From: Chara braunii
Taxonomy: Eukaryota > Plantae > Charophyceae
Length of the DNA: 64,000 nt
NCBI GenBank assembly: GCA_003427395.1
Contig: BFEA01000030.1
Location: 3,892,562-3,956,561, forward strand
Direction: 5' to 3'
Under the pieces are notes generated by a model. It was not told the origin of the DNA. It worked only from the letters and a program-made list of their open reading frames with translations, and did not search any database. Positions 62,295 through 64,000 of this stretch are shown here, one piece after another (within the stretch, counting starts at the first letter, position 1; each line of letters starts with the position of its first letter). The translations under genes were made by a program, and so were the position numbers.

Positions 62295-64000
62295 GGCTGC
62301 TAATTCCTCGCGCGGATTGGAGAACACCCAGAGCTAGTCGTTTGCCGGGAGGGTGAAAGAAGGAAGAAGATTGCTTCCTTACTTCTCAAAAAGACTTCAG
62401 CAGAGATTTTCCGTCCTCGATGCCCACCGCTGTGCAGAAGGCAGAAAAGGGCCAGACCCCGCTGGACCACGTCTGGGTCTTCAACCGCGAATCTGACGGT
62501 CAGAATGAAAATATGAAAATCGGCCTGGGATAACGTGCGTTGGATTCCAAAACTTGGACAATGGACTCAGTTCAGTGGGGCCTGTCCATTAGCAAATCTG
62601 GGACTGCGATTTCACCTCCACCCCTTTCCTTCCTCGGGTGAGGTCCCACGAGCAGTAGGGGTTGGCCCTCGTGCCTGTGTGGGCGCCGTTGGACAATAGA
62701 CACGGCTCAGTGGGGCCTTGTTCGTTAGCGATCTGGAACCTTGTTCATTAGATAATCTGGGATTTCACCTACACCCGTTTTCTTCCTAGGGTGAGGTCCC
62801 ACTACCTTGTAGGGGTTGACCCTCATGCCTCCACCCCTTTTCTTCCTAGGGTAAGGTCCCACTAGGGGTTGACCCTCATGCCTGTGCGGCTGCCTTTGAT
62901 GTTGTGCGATGATGCGCTGCCGTATGATGAGCATGTGGCAGCTTCCATCCAAAGGCTGGCAGGTGGAAGATTTAGCCTTATTTCCCCTAATTTGCCAAAG
63001 GCCGTCTTCAGAAGAATATAGCGGTAAATAAGCGGTAGTGAACTGGACAGGTAGCGGCACGATGGTCATAGTGCAGGGGAGAAACAAAAAAAAAGAAAAG
63101 TCACCTTCAAATGTTGACTATTGGATCTAGAGCAAACGGTTTGAGTATGGCATGGTCATTTTTCTAAGAGGATGAAAGCATCCAGCAAACCATAACTACT
63201 TTTTGAGCCTCCTTTTCCCAACGCCAATGTTTGCAATGTGTGAATTTTATCAAATCGCTACAAACGCAGAACTGTTTGATAGGTGTTGCCAAGAATTTCA
63301 CTTCGGTAGGCCGAGCCATAAATTTCACTCCAATAGGTGGTGTTCTAACCAAATAGTTGAAACTTCAAGAAAAAATACAGTCCATCGCATTAATACCGCA
63401 GCATTGATAGTTTAAACAATTACAGAAACATTAATTAATAGTTAAATTGAAAAAAAAATATATAATGAAATGTTATATTATAGGCATACATGTTGGTCAT
63501 GGTTATACTAGTATTGTGCGAGGAGCACCTTGTAATAACCATTAAAATTATTGCACATGTTTTTTATTATTATCTAACCTCCATTAATTATTAGGTTCTG
63601 CCATTTAGCTTATGATTTGACGACAAAAACTTAGTCAATTTACAATAGTCACATAAGAAGTTTGACCAAAATATGAAGAATATCGATGATTTATACCATC
63701 AATTACTAATTTATTTTATAATTTATCACTTATTTAAAATTTATTTATTTTTATAAATGAGGAACCTACGCTAAACTTTGCCTGGACGAGACGTCCTGGT
63801 AACCAAAATGACATGGACGACCTGGTTAGTAGCCTAAGGAAATATATATATAATATAAATATTATATTTAAAAGGGCCTTTACCCGATATAGGCCTCAGG
63901 CCTTGTAAAAATAAAGCAGCACGAGCCTTGAAAAAGTAAAGCATTGTGAAAAGGTATCTCGTCAGAGCTCAGAAACGTGAAAGCAGGTCAAAGGTCAAGT

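Overview
Repeat-rich eukaryotic draft-genome window with six N gaps, many microsatellites and one Nextera mate-pair adapter artefact. The TE repertoire, plant-type U6 and plant-type RPL37 suggest a streptophyte, probably a charophyte alga such as Chara (inference). Contents: (1) a decayed Ty3/Gypsy chromovirus split inside its integrase by an ~8 kb nest of L1/Tx1-type LINE copies and two non-autonomous DNA transposons; (2) two more L1/Tx1-type LINEs on the minus strand, with poly(A) tails and readable target-site duplications; (3) a ~4 kb open exon of an orphan, low-complexity protein; (4) a GIY-YIG-encoding retroelement remnant; (5) several MITE families; (6) one complete four-exon host gene, 60S ribosomal protein L37 (minus strand, 96 aa). 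The most striking unexplained signal is four separate U6 snRNA-derived copies within ~30 kb. One has an A-rich tail and a degenerate TSD, one is tailless with an 18-bp TSD, and two are decayed or partial. Two carry small insertions at the same GCGC^AAG site. This points to heavy LINE-driven U6 retroposition, or a U6-derived SINE-like family, in this genome.
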